Source: a virus
DNA: 64,000 bases
Virus record (IMG/VR): IMGVR_UViG_3300017650_000001
Span: 39,621 to 103,620 of that record
Strand: one strand, 5' to 3'
The notes beneath the pieces were generated by a model. That model worked only from the letters and a program-made list of their open reading frames with translations, was not told where the DNA came from and did no database searches. Both the position numbers and the translations under genes were made by a program. Each line of letters begins with the position of its first letter. Positions within the stretch are counted from its first letter, which is position 1. Positions 18,866 through 28,614 of the stretch are shown piece after piece.

Positions 18866-18894
18866 GTAGTCTCCTTGCTTACGGTAGCAGGACT

Positions 18895-18923
18895 ACTATA
18901 GCGGTTTGTTTATTCAATTGCAA
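18895..18923 (-). promoter_or_regulatory. Host sigma70-type promoter
   Basis: TTGCAA-17 bp-TATAGT. Confidence 0.8.
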
Positions 18924-18928
18924 GCATT

Positions 18929-20470
18929 TTATTTACCACGTATAATAGCTTCGAACAAATCTCCACCCTCTTTGTGGAATTGCAAAATCTGCTCATCAAC
19001 AGTCCCACGCATCAACAAATCATAGATAAAAACGGTAGAATGTTCTGAATGCTGGCGTTCAACACGACGCTGACACTGTTTACGCATCAAAGCAGAGACA
19101 GGACTCTCGTAAAAGAATCCATATTTTGCCACTTGAATATTGAGTCCTGCTCCCATCTTGTTCTGTAATAACAATACGCGCGTCTTTGGATTCTTCATAA
19201 ACTGACGCTTAGCTGCTTCAACATCTTTGGTTTTTCCGTAGATGATTTCAGCACCAATTTTCAATTTCTTGAGTTCCTTAAGGATGCGCTCCCCACTGAA
19301 GTTAAACTCGAAGAATACAATTGATTTGTGTTGTTGATACACCGTCTGCAGAATAGAAGTCAGCAACTCAAGCTTGGGGTTATCAGGGAACTCAATCTTT
19401 GCTTTTTCACCAGTCTCATCGTCTTCAAATCCGATAAAACCAGAAGATATCTGACGCATTCGAACGAATGCATTTTGACTTTCTTGGAAGTTTCCACGTG
19501 CAGCAACAAGAGTATCTTTGAATCGCTGGTAGTAGGTATCAGCATCTGTTCCCAATGAAATATACTTTGGGACAAGGACGCATTCAGGAAGTGATCCCTC
19601 ATCAGCTGGAAAGGATATTGATTGATTTGCGATAAACTGATTCAGCAAACTCTTCTGTTTTTTACTGAACTTGTATTCCGGCATCCCGCTGAAATAATTG
19701 ATAGATTCATTACAGAAAATAGAACGAAATAGACCTAATGTCTCTCCTAGAGTATACCCACCGTCAATCAGGAACATTTGCGACCACAGCACTGTAGGAT
19801 CGCGGTTGAATGGAGTTCCTGTCAATTCAAAGAAAACTTCAGATGTTTTAGACAGTTGCCGACAAACACGAAAGGGCAAAGCTTGGTGGTTACTCAGAGC
19901 TACAGATTCATCGCAAACAACACCTTGAAAATGCTTTTGTAGTTTCTTGATTTTCTTGCTGCTTATGACAAAACGATTCTTCCCTTTTTTGTTGGGCTCA
20001 ACATCACAAACCATGTTGAAAAGGCCAGCATAAGTCTCAACAACAAAAAGATGATTTGACGTTTCTAACGTTGACCACTTCTTTTCAATTTCGCTGGGAA
20101 GGACAAGATAGGAGGAATTGGGAGAATGCTTAACAAGTTCGTCCGGCCACTCAACCTTGTTTGGTCGATTCGGGACCAAAATCAAACAATGTTTCAGTAT
20201 TCCCAATCTACGGAAGTAACGCACAAGAGCAATAGAAAGAAGACTCTTTCCTGTACCCGTATCATTCAAAAACATGAATCGTTGCGTTTCCGCACCGATG
20301 ATAAAACATACCTTTTGAAGATAAGTCAGTTTATAATAGATGGGAGGCTGCACAGGAAGCTTGAGCATCCGCGCATCAAGTTCGTCTTCCGTTAGGTTTT
20401 TGTACTCACGGAAGTCAACACGAGGGCGCTCTAGAAATGCTTTCTTTGCACTATGTGCTATGATACCCAT
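18929..20470 (-). CDS. SNF2/SF2 helicase-like ATPase
   Basis: DTGTGKS, VVCDES, LTGTP, NPKLE, GAGLNIQ, QCQRRVER. Confidence 0.88.
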   Translation of the reverse strand: MGIIAHSAKKAFLERPRVDFREYKNLTEDELDARMLKLPVQPPIYYKLTYLQKVCFIIGAETQRFMFLNDTGTGKSLLSIALVRYFRRLGILKHCLILVPNRPNKVEWPDELVKHSPNSSYLVLPSEIEKKWSTLETSNHLFVVETYAGLFNMVCDVEPNKKGKNRFVISSKKIKKLQKHFQGVVCDESVALSNHQALPFRVCRQLSKTSEVFFELTGTPFNRDPTVLWSQMFLIDGGYTLGETLGLFRSIFCNESINYFSGMPEYKFSKKQKSLLNQFIANQSISFPADEGSLPECVLVPKYISLGTDADTYYQRFKDTLVAARGNFQESQNAFVRMRQISSGFIGFEDDETGEKAKIEFPDNPKLELLTSILQTVYQQHKSIVFFEFNFSGERILKELKKLKIGAEIIYGKTKDVEAAKRQFMKNPKTRVLLLQNKMGAGLNIQVAKYGFFYESPVSALMRKQCQRRVERQHSEHSTVFIYDLLMRGTVDEQILQFHKEGGDLFEAIIRGK

Positions 20471-20498
20471 AAAACCTAATCAGAAGCTTGATGATGCT

Positions 20499-21938
20499 TT
20501 AATCAGCATCGTCGCTACCATCGCCGCTATCATCGTCATGCATTTGCTCTAGCAGCTTCGCATACGAGTCATCAAGGCGGATAGATTCCAATACGAACTG
20601 TCCTGCTTTATAAGTTTGCGTGATCAAAACACCAAACTTGTCACTCTCAGATCGAGCTTTATCAACAAACAAACGCGCTAAGCCTAAGGCTTTCTCAGCC
20701 GCTGTTTGGGAATAGGTAAGAACGAAATCAGCCGAGCCAATAACAGACCAAGCTTCAGAAGCATGAGTCGCTCGTACCAATTCAGCACTTGCTGATTCGC
20801 GATTGCCTTGATGTGCAGCTACAAGAGCAAAATTACGTCGCTGAGAAAGACCGCGTAGATCTTCAATCAAAGTTCCTAGCGATATGCGTAGATTCTTTTC
20901 ATCAGTTTTCATGATTCCCGGGTAGTCTAAGATAACCATATCCGGGACAAAGTTGTCCAAAGCTTCTAGCGATTCAAGGTAAGCTTCTAGTTGATTCATC
21001 GTCAACGATCGCATCGGGAAACGTTTGACGATCAAATTCTCAGCACGAGTTCCAAAATGTTTGATTCGAGTATTGAGTTCCTCTCGAATAGCAGGAGAAC
21101 TAAAGGTAAAGGGAACCTCAACAGTTTGACTAACAAACTGGTCAAGATTACCTTTTCGATCAAGCTTCAGCGTAGTGATTTTATTGAGATCATCACGTTT
21201 GGTAACCCCAAACAAAGCTTGATAGTAACGCTGGATAACTTCTTCGCTTTCTATTTCAAGCGAAATATGAACAATCTTCTTGCGCTGCAAGTAGGCCATC
21301 TTGCCCACTTCAATCAAGAACCAAGTTTTGCCTAAACCTGTAGGTGCAAGAATGAAATATATCTTCCCGCGCATGGGAACGATATTTGCTTCGTCAAGGA
21401 CGCGAATGCCTGTCTTGAATTCGTTTTGAGAGGTCGATAAAAACTCAAGGACGCGATCGATTTCACTTAGACGTATACCACGATCCAGTGTGATATCGCG
21501 ATCACGCAAGAACTTGCTGATGAGAACTTCAGCATTGCCATTTCCATGAATACCTTCAGCATCGAGGATTTCAGCTGCTTCAACAATAACGGATTTGAAT
21601 TGCTGATGTCGAATGAACTGAGTCATCGAACGCAGAACAAACTCCGTATTGATCTGGTCTTTCATCTCCATCATTTGGACCAGAATACGGGTAAAGGTTT
21701 GAGCGCGACGATCGCGCTTATCCTCCAAAATATCTGAGAGCAAATCAGCAACGTGTTGCTTGGGCGCTACTCCGTACTGTTGCCAAAACGGCAAAGCACG
21801 ATCAACAATTGTTCTGTAGTCGCCTTCAAACAACAAAGAACTTACCGTCTTAGCAACAGTCTTTCCGTGCTTGTCGTCATGCACCAACAAAGTAATCAAG
21901 TCTTGCTGGAGCGATATCGCGAATTTTTCTTGTATCAT
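20499..21938 (-). CDS. DnaB-like replicative helicase
   Basis: APTGLGKT, HISLE, VILDYP, AHQGNR, DKAR; start chosen at the ATGA overlap. Confidence 0.85.
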   Translation of the reverse strand: MIQEKFAISLQQDLITLLVHDDKHGKTVAKTVSSLLFEGDYRTIVDRALPFWQQYGVAPKQHVADLLSDILEDKRDRRAQTFTRILVQMMEMKDQINTEFVLRSMTQFIRHQQFKSVIVEAAEILDAEGIHGNGNAEVLISKFLRDRDITLDRGIRLSEIDRVLEFLSTSQNEFKTGIRVLDEANIVPMRGKIYFILAPTGLGKTWFLIEVGKMAYLQRKKIVHISLEIESEEVIQRYYQALFGVTKRDDLNKITTLKLDRKGNLDQFVSQTVEVPFTFSSPAIREELNTRIKHFGTRAENLIVKRFPMRSLTMNQLEAYLESLEALDNFVPDMVILDYPGIMKTDEKNLRISLGTLIEDLRGLSQRRNFALVAAHQGNRESASAELVRATHASEAWSVIGSADFVLTYSQTAAEKALGLARLFVDKARSESDKFGVLITQTYKAGQFVLESIRLDDSYAKLLEQMHDDDSGDGSDDAD

Positions 21939-22342
21939 TTGTAAGTCATATCCAAGACGCGTCGACAAGTCTCGATCAATTCAAAGAGTTTAGGAGCACG
22001 TTTTGGCAATTGAGCCAATCCTGTCCCTATCCCATCCTGCGGCCAAACAATCAAACGCCCTGCCGTAGCTTCGTTATAAACCCGGAGGATATCCGGCATC
22101 ATAATGAAGAAAACATGACTGTAATCACGATCCGAGAAGAAAGCATCGGGATTATTAGACGGATACCATTTTGTCACGATGCCGATCGCATTAGGCTCGC
22201 CTCGCATTTCAGCAGCCTGACCACCCAATCCACGACGCTCTACGTTATCACCGAAGACAAATATGTCATCCGGGAATCTCTGGAGCATCTTTCGTGTAAC
22301 AAATTTCTCGTATCTCAGAATCTTTCTCTGACAAGAGATCAT
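21935..22342 (-). CDS. Conserved phage protein, Macro-like FVFGDN family
   Basis: IFVFGDN...GGQA..MRGEPNAIGI.TK...GIGTGLA. Confidence 0.6.
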   Translation of the reverse strand: MISCQRKILRYEKFVTRKMLQRFPDDIFVFGDNVERRGLGGQAAEMRGEPNAIGIVTKWYPSNNPDAFFSDRDYSHVFFIMMPDILRVYNEATAGRLIVWPQDGIGTGLAQLPKRAPKLFELIETCRRVLDMTYK

Positions 22343-22667
22343 ACTGCTTCACAGGCTCCCAACAATGGCACCAACTACCATCCTTATTCACCAGTCTATA
22401 TTGAAATTGATCCCAAAGAATCTTTCGCAGGATGGGTGGACATTTCCATTCACAGTATCCTGTTGGATAACCTCCAATATCACTATGATTTGATGTATCT
22501 ATGTAAGCTGGGCTTTTGTAGTTTTTGCAGTAAGCTCGACCGAATTCTTTGCCTTGAATCTGACATTCACAACGGTCCAACTTGCAGGTTGAATTCCATT
22601 CTTCTTCTTTCGAAGTGTAGTGGACACATGTTCCGCATTTACGCGGACCTCGATTAGGTGCACTCAC
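22266..22667 (-). CDS. Cys-rich hypothetical protein
   Basis: Multiple Cys (CGTC, CEC, CHC); ATGA overlap with mazG. Confidence 0.6.
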   Translation of the reverse strand: MSAPNRGPRKCGTCVHYTSKEEEWNSTCKLDRCECQIQGKEFGRAYCKNYKSPAYIDTSNHSDIGGYPTGYCEWKCPPILRKILWDQFQYRLVNKDGSWCHCWEPVKQYDLLSEKDSEIREICYTKDAPEIPG

Positions 22668-23053
22668 AGGGACATCCGAGTCAAAAGTCCAAGCTTTTCA
22701 GATGACTTGTTGAACTTAGCTACGAGGGCGGCGTTAAGATCAATGCCTTGATGAATAGCTATCAAGTCGATACATATCAAAACATCAGCCAATTCTTCTG
22801 CAAGAGCATCGTTCGTAGTCCGTGATCCGGCAAGACCAAGGGCTTCTCGATCCAATTTCTTGATATGGTTTGAAGCACGACCGCCCGCAGAAGCGATTGC
22901 TGCGGAGTAACCTAATAAATCGATGATAACCTCGATGGCCTCTCCAAGCTCCCCAAAAGCCTCATTTCCTTTGAATGAAAGCGAAAGTTCTCCTTTGGAA
23001 TCCCACTCTTTCTGACGTGCTAGATTAGCTTCTCGTAAATCTCTGAACATCAA
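22664..23053 (-). CDS. MazG-like NTP pyrophosphohydrolase
   Basis: EAFGELGE ... LAEELADV ... KFNKSS. Confidence 0.85.
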   Translation of the reverse strand: MMFRDLREANLARQKEWDSKGELSLSFKGNEAFGELGEAIEVIIDLLGYSAAIASAGGRASNHIKKLDREALGLAGSRTTNDALAEELADVLICIDLIAIHQGIDLNAALVAKFNKSSEKLGLLTRMSL

Positions 23054-23871
23054 GCAATACTCGCATACAGTTGCATTTGTAACGTTAAATACACTCCCTT
23101 TCGTAGAGCATATTTTGCTGCATAGTTGTGATTAATACGGTTCTTCTCACGATCAAGGATGTTGTCATCCCAAGCCGAGATAACTTCATCTACCGTTGAA
23201 CGATAATCGAGGTCATGCTCACGACGCTCTTTGATACGATCACGAGCTTTCTGCAAAAACTCTTCCCGATACATATTCATCGGACTGATATAAATAGGTT
23301 TGTCAGTCGCGCGTTGCCACTCAAAAGCCCATGCTGGAATTGAGTGGTAGGGACTTTCAATATCTGCAGATACAACAAACTTAAGGCAGGATGCTATTTC
23401 GAGCGTCTTTTTGTTTGGCTCGTAATACTTATGAGCCCGCTCATTGCACTTGGGTGATACAACGATTTGCGTAGCGCTGGGAAGTCGATTGATCGGTAAA
23501 ATTCCGTTGGTTTCAATTTGTGTGTATTTAACACCCAGCGCATGACAGTTCAACAAGAAATCAGCGATGTTTTCTTGCAGGGAGGGCTCACCTCCAGTAA
23601 TTACGATGCCACATTTTGATAGCGTCCCATATTGGGTTCGAATCATCCCAATTGCGCGTGTCAGCAAAGCATGATGCGTAAACCAGTTGCCCTCGTCAAA
23701 GAAGGTGTCGCACATCGCGCAACGAAGCTGGCACCCTGTCAATCGAATGAATAAAGCAGGTTGTCCTTGGAATGGACCTTCACCTTGTAGTGTTAGAAAA
23801 ATCGATGTCACAAGAAGGCTGTCTGCTTCTTTGTAGTCTGATCGACCATAGACCCGATTGGTCCCAAACAT
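23050..23871 (-). CDS. queE: 7-carboxy-7-deazaguanine synthase (radical SAM)
   Basis: IFLTLQGEG, FIRLTGCQLRCAMCDT, ITGGEP, IETNG, VSPK. Confidence 0.94.
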   Translation of the reverse strand: MFGTNRVYGRSDYKEADSLLVTSIFLTLQGEGPFQGQPALFIRLTGCQLRCAMCDTFFDEGNWFTHHALLTRAIGMIRTQYGTLSKCGIVITGGEPSLQENIADFLLNCHALGVKYTQIETNGILPINRLPSATQIVVSPKCNERAHKYYEPNKKTLEIASCLKFVVSADIESPYHSIPAWAFEWQRATDKPIYISPMNMYREEFLQKARDRIKERREHDLDYRSTVDEVISAWDDNILDREKNRINHNYAAKYALRKGVYLTLQMQLYASIA

Positions 23872-23872
23872 T

Positions 23873-24349
23873 TCAGATACCTTTCACAACCTTGGTCAGC
23901 AAGCCAGCGGCAGCATAACCCGGAAAATGACGATTCAGAGTCGCAGGAATACGATGCAGTTGCTGTAGCACGGTATGTGCACTGATAGTGACATTCTGCC
24001 AATGAAGCAAATCGTCAAACAGAAGGCTGATAGCAAGGCGTAAAATGCGCTCCTGCACTAGCTTTGATGATGATATCTGTTCGAAGAATTGAGACAGCGA
24101 TGCAACCTTCTCTTTCGAAGATGCATACGCAGAGCTTTTCCGGAGCATATTGTAACTAGGCGTGTCAACATGCTTCTTACGCAAAACATCGACGACCGCG
24201 ACTAGAACACGATCGCCGAAATCTTGCTTACCTGAAAAATCGGTTCGAATATTAGAGAGTATTTTTATTCGATTTGACAGGTCTTTAATCTGTGGAGCGG
24301 TCAAAGAAGTTAAACCTTTGACCCACTCGCGGTATTGTTCGTCATTCAC
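23873..24349 (-). CDS. Hypothetical protein
   Basis: Operon packing. Confidence 0.65.
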   Translation of the reverse strand: MNDEQYREWVKGLTSLTAPQIKDLSNRIKILSNIRTDFSGKQDFGDRVLVAVVDVLRKKHVDTPSYNMLRKSSAYASSKEKVASLSQFFEQISSSKLVQERILRLAISLLFDDLLHWQNVTISAHTVLQQLHRIPATLNRHFPGYAAAGLLTKVVKGI

Positions 24350-24816
24350 TTCTTGGTAGCGCGTTTCTTCTTTGGAGTGTGTGTCTTGACGATTTCACGA
24401 ATGCGATCAGCGACCAAACGTTCACCGACGAACCCGCGACGCTTCAAAGGTGGGTACGCATTCGGACTGAACAAGTTGTAAGCTTCATCGTTAGTCAGTC
24501 CAAAAGTTTCGGTAGCGGCATGAATATAAGAGCAAGAATCTCCCTTGTAGACAGTGCCGATAAACCCTCCAGAAACTTCGTAGGTCAGACCCGCACGCTT
24601 GAATTCACCGCTGATAGCAGCAAGTCCCATGGCGCAGGCAGTAGTTCCACAGTTGAGCCCTGGCGTCCAATCGTCTTCGGAATTGAACGAATTGATAACA
24701 TTGCCAGACTGCTCACCGACCGTATTGAGGTCAAACTGCATACCCTTCTTGCGCTTGGAATCAGCAACAAGCATACGCGCAAGCTTGCGGAGACGTTCAC
24801 GGTAGATCTTCTTCAT
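24346..24816 (-). CDS. Phage hypothetical protein (CGTTACAMG motif)
   Basis: AGGGG RBS; FDL..CGTTACAMG..FGL...A..LF pattern. Confidence 0.7.
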   Translation of the reverse strand: MKKIYRERLRKLARMLVADSKRKKGMQFDLNTVGEQSGNVINSFNSEDDWTPGLNCGTTACAMGLAAISGEFKRAGLTYEVSGGFIGTVYKGDSCSYIHAATETFGLTNDEAYNLFSPNAYPPLKRRGFVGERLVADRIREIVKTHTPKKKRATKK

Positions 24817-24842
24817 AGTAAACCCCTTTTGGTTGTGGAAGG

Positions 24843-25163
24843 TTATTCAGAACGAGATGCAACAATTTCCTTGATCTGTTTTTCAAGTAAATCGTTGAAA
24901 AGAGACGATCTCTTCTTTGTTATACGTTCGATTTCGTTTTCACAGCGTAAAATTCCTCCACGGAACATATGCGAAGGAACTTCGTCGCTTGGAACAAACT
25001 CAGCAACACAACCACGGTAGCCGTCGTAAATTGAATGCTTGTGATTTGTTCCAGATATGAACTCGTTTAAGTCTTCTTCTCCGAACTCATTGGTGACATA
25101 GATGAATACCCATGGATCAACACCTGAAGACCAGTGCAATCGCCTTTTAATGTACTTACCCAT
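24843..25163 (-). CDS. Hypothetical protein
   Basis: Start chosen at MGKYIK; operon packing. Confidence 0.55.
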   Translation of the reverse strand: MGKYIKRRLHWSSGVDPWVFIYVTNEFGEEDLNEFISGTNHKHSIYDGYRGCVAEFVPSDEVPSHMFRGGILRCENEIERITKKRSSLFNDLLEKQIKEIVASRSE

Positions 25164-25395
25164 TGGAAAGCTTCCCTCGATCGTAGAATTCAACAAGCTT
25201 TTCCATAGCAGCATATTTGATAACAGATTCTGCTACGCTCAAGCGATGATGAGTATTGATCTTTTGGATATGCTCGTTGGTGTCAACAAAGAGTTTGAAC
25301 ACACCTTGTTGATTGAGCTTTCCTGTTAATGACCACTCGACAAGATCACGGCAGCATTCGACAAGCTGTTCGAGCGTGAGATTGTGGTCGATCAT
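25156..25395 (-). CDS. Hypothetical protein
   Basis: TGATG coupling with the upstream gene. Confidence 0.6.
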   Translation of the reverse strand: MIDHNLTLEQLVECCRDLVEWSLTGKLNQQGVFKLFVDTNEHIQKINTHHRLSVAESVIKYAAMEKLVEFYDRGKLSNG

Positions 25396-25799
25396 CAGAA
25401 CTTCCTCATGTTACGCAGCATTTCGTTGACTTTGAGCTCGACGATGTCGTCGATGCGGCGTTCGGTTTGTTCGATCAACCAGCGTTGACGTTCCGCGAAG
25501 AAGTGTCGAAGCTCTTCATGGAGCGTTTGCGACATGACCTCTTTCATCGCACTCCGAACGGAACTATCGATTGCAGCATTGATTCGCTGACGAACTTCCT
25601 TCGGCATGGTGTATGACGAGCCGATTAAACTGTTGATCTGAGAAACAGCATTTGTGACAATTGACTTCACATCAACGCGCTTTTTGAGCTGTTCAGCGAC
25701 CTGAGCGGCTGCATTGGCAGCCAGGTCGACTTCGATCTCGGGATTGTCCTTGATCAGGTGTCGGACAGCTTCGGCATTGAGGATAACTTTTACGGTCAT
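25395..25799 (-). CDS. Hypothetical helical protein
   Basis: GAGGA RBS, coupled stop/start. Confidence 0.65.
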   Translation of the reverse strand: MTVKVILNAEAVRHLIKDNPEIEVDLAANAAAQVAEQLKKRVDVKSIVTNAVSQINSLIGSSYTMPKEVRQRINAAIDSSVRSAMKEVMSQTLHEELRHFFAERQRWLIEQTERRIDDIVELKVNEMLRNMRKF

Positions 25800-25803
25800 A
25801 GCA

Positions 25804-26130
25804 TCAGTCCTCGCTAGTTTCTGTAGTTGTTTCTTTCCGGGTAATTATGTTCATGTTGACAAGGAGCAACAACCACAAAAAGGACCACCCGCTAGATGTG
25901 TAATAGAAAAACAATGCAGTCATGCCGCAAGCAAGGAGCATTGTAACGATGTTTTCAATGACCATGTAGCAGATGATACGATCCATTGTTAAGTCATCCT
26001 TTTGAATTGTTGAAAGCTTCATACGGTCAATTATGAACCATCCAAGCAGACACGATCCAAGGATGATTCTGAACACGATTATAGTAGGAACAGCTGATGT
26101 GACGATAACGATAGCCATTGCGAGCATCAT
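25804..26130 (-). CDS. Small membrane protein (start uncertain)
   Basis: Hydrophobic segments; downstream of a sigma70 promoter. Confidence 0.45.
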   Translation of the reverse strand: MMLAMAIVIVTSAVPTIIVFRIILGSCLLGWFIIDRMKLSTIQKDDLTMDRIICYMVIENIVTMLLACGMTALFFYYTSSGWSFLWLLLLVNMNIITRKETTTETSED

Positions 26131-26185
26131 AAAGATAGATGATAACCATCGTTAATCTCTCTTTTGTTGAACTCTATTGTCTAAT

Positions 26186-26214
26186 TGTATAGACGTATAT
26201 CAATACAATTGCAA
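26186..26214 (-). promoter_or_regulatory. Host sigma70-type promoter
   Basis: TTGCAA-17 bp-TATACA. Confidence 0.75.
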
Positions 26215-26890
26215 GCATGTTTTGCATTGTTTTTGGCTTATCCATGAATAGACTTGTTTTTCAATGGCTTCTTCTATCTTTTAAAAGCTTTTCTTTGTTT
26301 TTAAGATTCAACGTAGATTGAAACGCACGAGTCCCAGCTTGAAGTAAGCCGGAACTCGATGAGTATTTCAACGTGAGTTGTATACGCAAGTACAATTTAT
26401 AAATAGATGAACTCTATTGCGTTATGTGTTGTACTAACACATGAAGCTTAAAACGCTCGTCCTCTTGTTTGCTTCTTCACAGTGATTGTATGGCCATCGG
26501 ACCATCCGCACCGATACAATCCCATAGTCTATCTAATCCTATGGCTAACCTCTATACCCTTAGAGGTTGTGACGTAAGGACTCCCGCAAGTCTGGCTAAC
26601 TTGGATGGCTTACGGCGCGTAGGGCGCAGGTTATGGTAAATCGAGGGAGGGAATAGGAGAATGCGAAGTGCCGAAATGGCGATGTGCAGAAACCCCTGAT
26701 GCTGACATCATACGCCTGCGTGATTTCAAAATCAGCGTATGTGGTCATGAACAGGTGATTCGATAATGTTTGATTTAATCTGGGTTGGTAACACGCTGTA
26801 CCCGCGTTGGTTCGTCATTGCTGTAGCAGTTGGCGGTCTTCTGTTAATTGTGTGTTTAGTTACGTGGGTCGATTACATGATGGGGGATTT

Positions 26891-28324
26891 ATGATTGACC
26901 GCGACGACTACAAGCGACTGGCGGACGAACTGGACGATTGGCACGATTGCGCTGACGGTGATGTGTCGGCAGGCAATGGTCACTTCCGCGTCGTCTGTGA
27001 AAACGATTCCGAGCAACAGCGTATAAACCTGCGAGCGACATTGCGCGAAGCAGCAGAAACTCTCCGCGCCGCGTCGGTGAAGGCTGTCGAGGTGAAGATC
27101 GATCCAGATAGCCCGGAAGAGTGGGATTTAGAGCAACGAGCTTTTAGCGCGGCTAATGATCCGGCCGCACCCGAGCACGTCAAAGAATTGGTGCGAGATT
27201 TATGGAAGGCGTACTGCGCCGCCCCCACCGCCAGCGTTGGCGCAATGTGGGAGGCGCAAGAGAAAGCCGCGCACGATGCCGGACGCGATACGGCGCGAAG
27301 TCTGCTCTCCATCAAGAATTATACATTTTCGCCCGACTATATCGCGATGGCTATTGTGCAGGACGCACTCAAAGCCTTCAGCGCAAACCAATCTGACGGC
27401 GGCGATCTGCCGTCTGCTGAAACGGTGGAAGTAAAGCGTTGGTGGCTTCAAAAGGTCCATGACGACCTTAGCCGAGTAAAACTCCCGAGCGGTGTGCTGG
27501 GCGACTACATTTTCCTGCTGATTCCAGCGCTCAAAGACATTCTCGATTCTGACGTGGAGGCGCTTGCGGCAACTACAGCCGAGCGTCCCAGCACCGTAAC
27601 GAGTGAACCGGAACCCTCCACGTCAGATGCCGTCTCGCACGAGTCGTTTGTCACCACAAACCCGGACGGGAGCGTTACGCTTGATGCTTATGCCGGAAAG
27701 ACGCGCGAAGAGTTGAAAGCACGTTGTCGCGAACTGAGCATGGCTCTTAATGAGTGGCAGTTCATAGCCATGGAAACAGCAACGGCGCACGGCAACTGCC
27801 TTTCTAACGTGCCGGAACACGCTCGCGCCAAGATCGCCAACATGATCGAGGCATACCGCGATGATGATGAACCGATTCTGTCAGACACCCCACCGGCACC
27901 GACGCCGAGCGGGGCAAGGGAGAGGATTGCGCGGCTGTGGCATAAAGCCCACAACGACTGGATGCGCGCCTCGCGCCATGGAACGCAAGAGGAAGCGGAC
28001 AGCGCTGCTATCTCCATCCTTGCAGATGCCCTCCTGCCCGACGCAGCCGCGATCTACATTTGCTATGACGGACACGGCCAATATTTCATAAGCCCTGAAC
28101 GTCCTGCCAGCCACGTCGCGATTGTCTACGACGAGGACGCGGCAGAAAAGGTGGTCGATCTATTCAACGACGATACTCCCGACGCAGCCGAGATCAGGGC
28201 GGCGGCATTCGAGGAAGCGGCGCTCGAGCTTGAGCGATCGTATCCCGACCATGCGTGGCTCAACGCAGCCTGTGCGGCCATCCGCGCCGCAGCCATTCGT
28301 GCCGCCGGGGAGAACACAAAATGA
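26891..28324 (+). CDS. Mosaic hypothetical protein (GC-rich)
   Basis: GGGGGA RBS before MIDRDD; Ala-rich with repeated PDAA.I; ATGA overlap with the next ORF. Confidence 0.65.
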   Translation: MIDRDDYKRLADELDDWHDCADGDVSAGNGHFRVVCENDSEQQRINLRATLREAAETLRAASVKAVEVKIDPDSPEEWDLEQRAFSAANDPAAPEHVKELVRDLWKAYCAAPTASVGAMWEAQEKAAHDAGRDTARSLLSIKNYTFSPDYIAMAIVQDALKAFSANQSDGGDLPSAETVEVKRWWLQKVHDDLSRVKLPSGVLGDYIFLLIPALKDILDSDVEALAATTAERPSTVTSEPEPSTSDAVSHESFVTTNPDGSVTLDAYAGKTREELKARCRELSMALNEWQFIAMETATAHGNCLSNVPEHARAKIANMIEAYRDDDEPILSDTPPAPTPSGARERIARLWHKAHNDWMRASRHGTQEEADSAAISILADALLPDAAAIYICYDGHGQYFISPERPASHVAIVYDEDAAEKVVDLFNDDTPDAAEIRAAAFEEAALELERSYPDHAWLNAACAAIRAAAIRAAGENTK

Positions 28325-28614
28325 ACTACGCTGGCATGGCAGTCCAAATCGTTGATGCTCAACAACAAAGACGGACCCCGCGCGACGTTCGCGGTCCTTG
28401 GTTGCGACCAAAGGTGCCGAGCAAAGCGTGCGGTCGCAAAGGCACGCGCAGACAATTCAAACGCAAAAACCCTCCTTGCTTTATCTGGTTCTATCGCGAA
28501 CCCTCTGACGTTCTGGTTCTTTACGGCCGAACAATCATTGCAACACCGAGTCAGGCGGATGCGCTGCGGCGATCCGTTTTGCAACACGAGAGTGGGCACT
28601 ATGTCAGGTACTAA
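28321..28614 (+). CDS. Hypothetical basic protein
   Basis: GGGGAG RBS, MNYAGMAVQ start. Confidence 0.55.
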   Translation: MNYAGMAVQIVDAQQQRRTPRDVRGPWLRPKVPSKACGRKGTRRQFKRKNPPCFIWFYREPSDVLVLYGRTIIATPSQADALRRSVLQHESGHYVRY

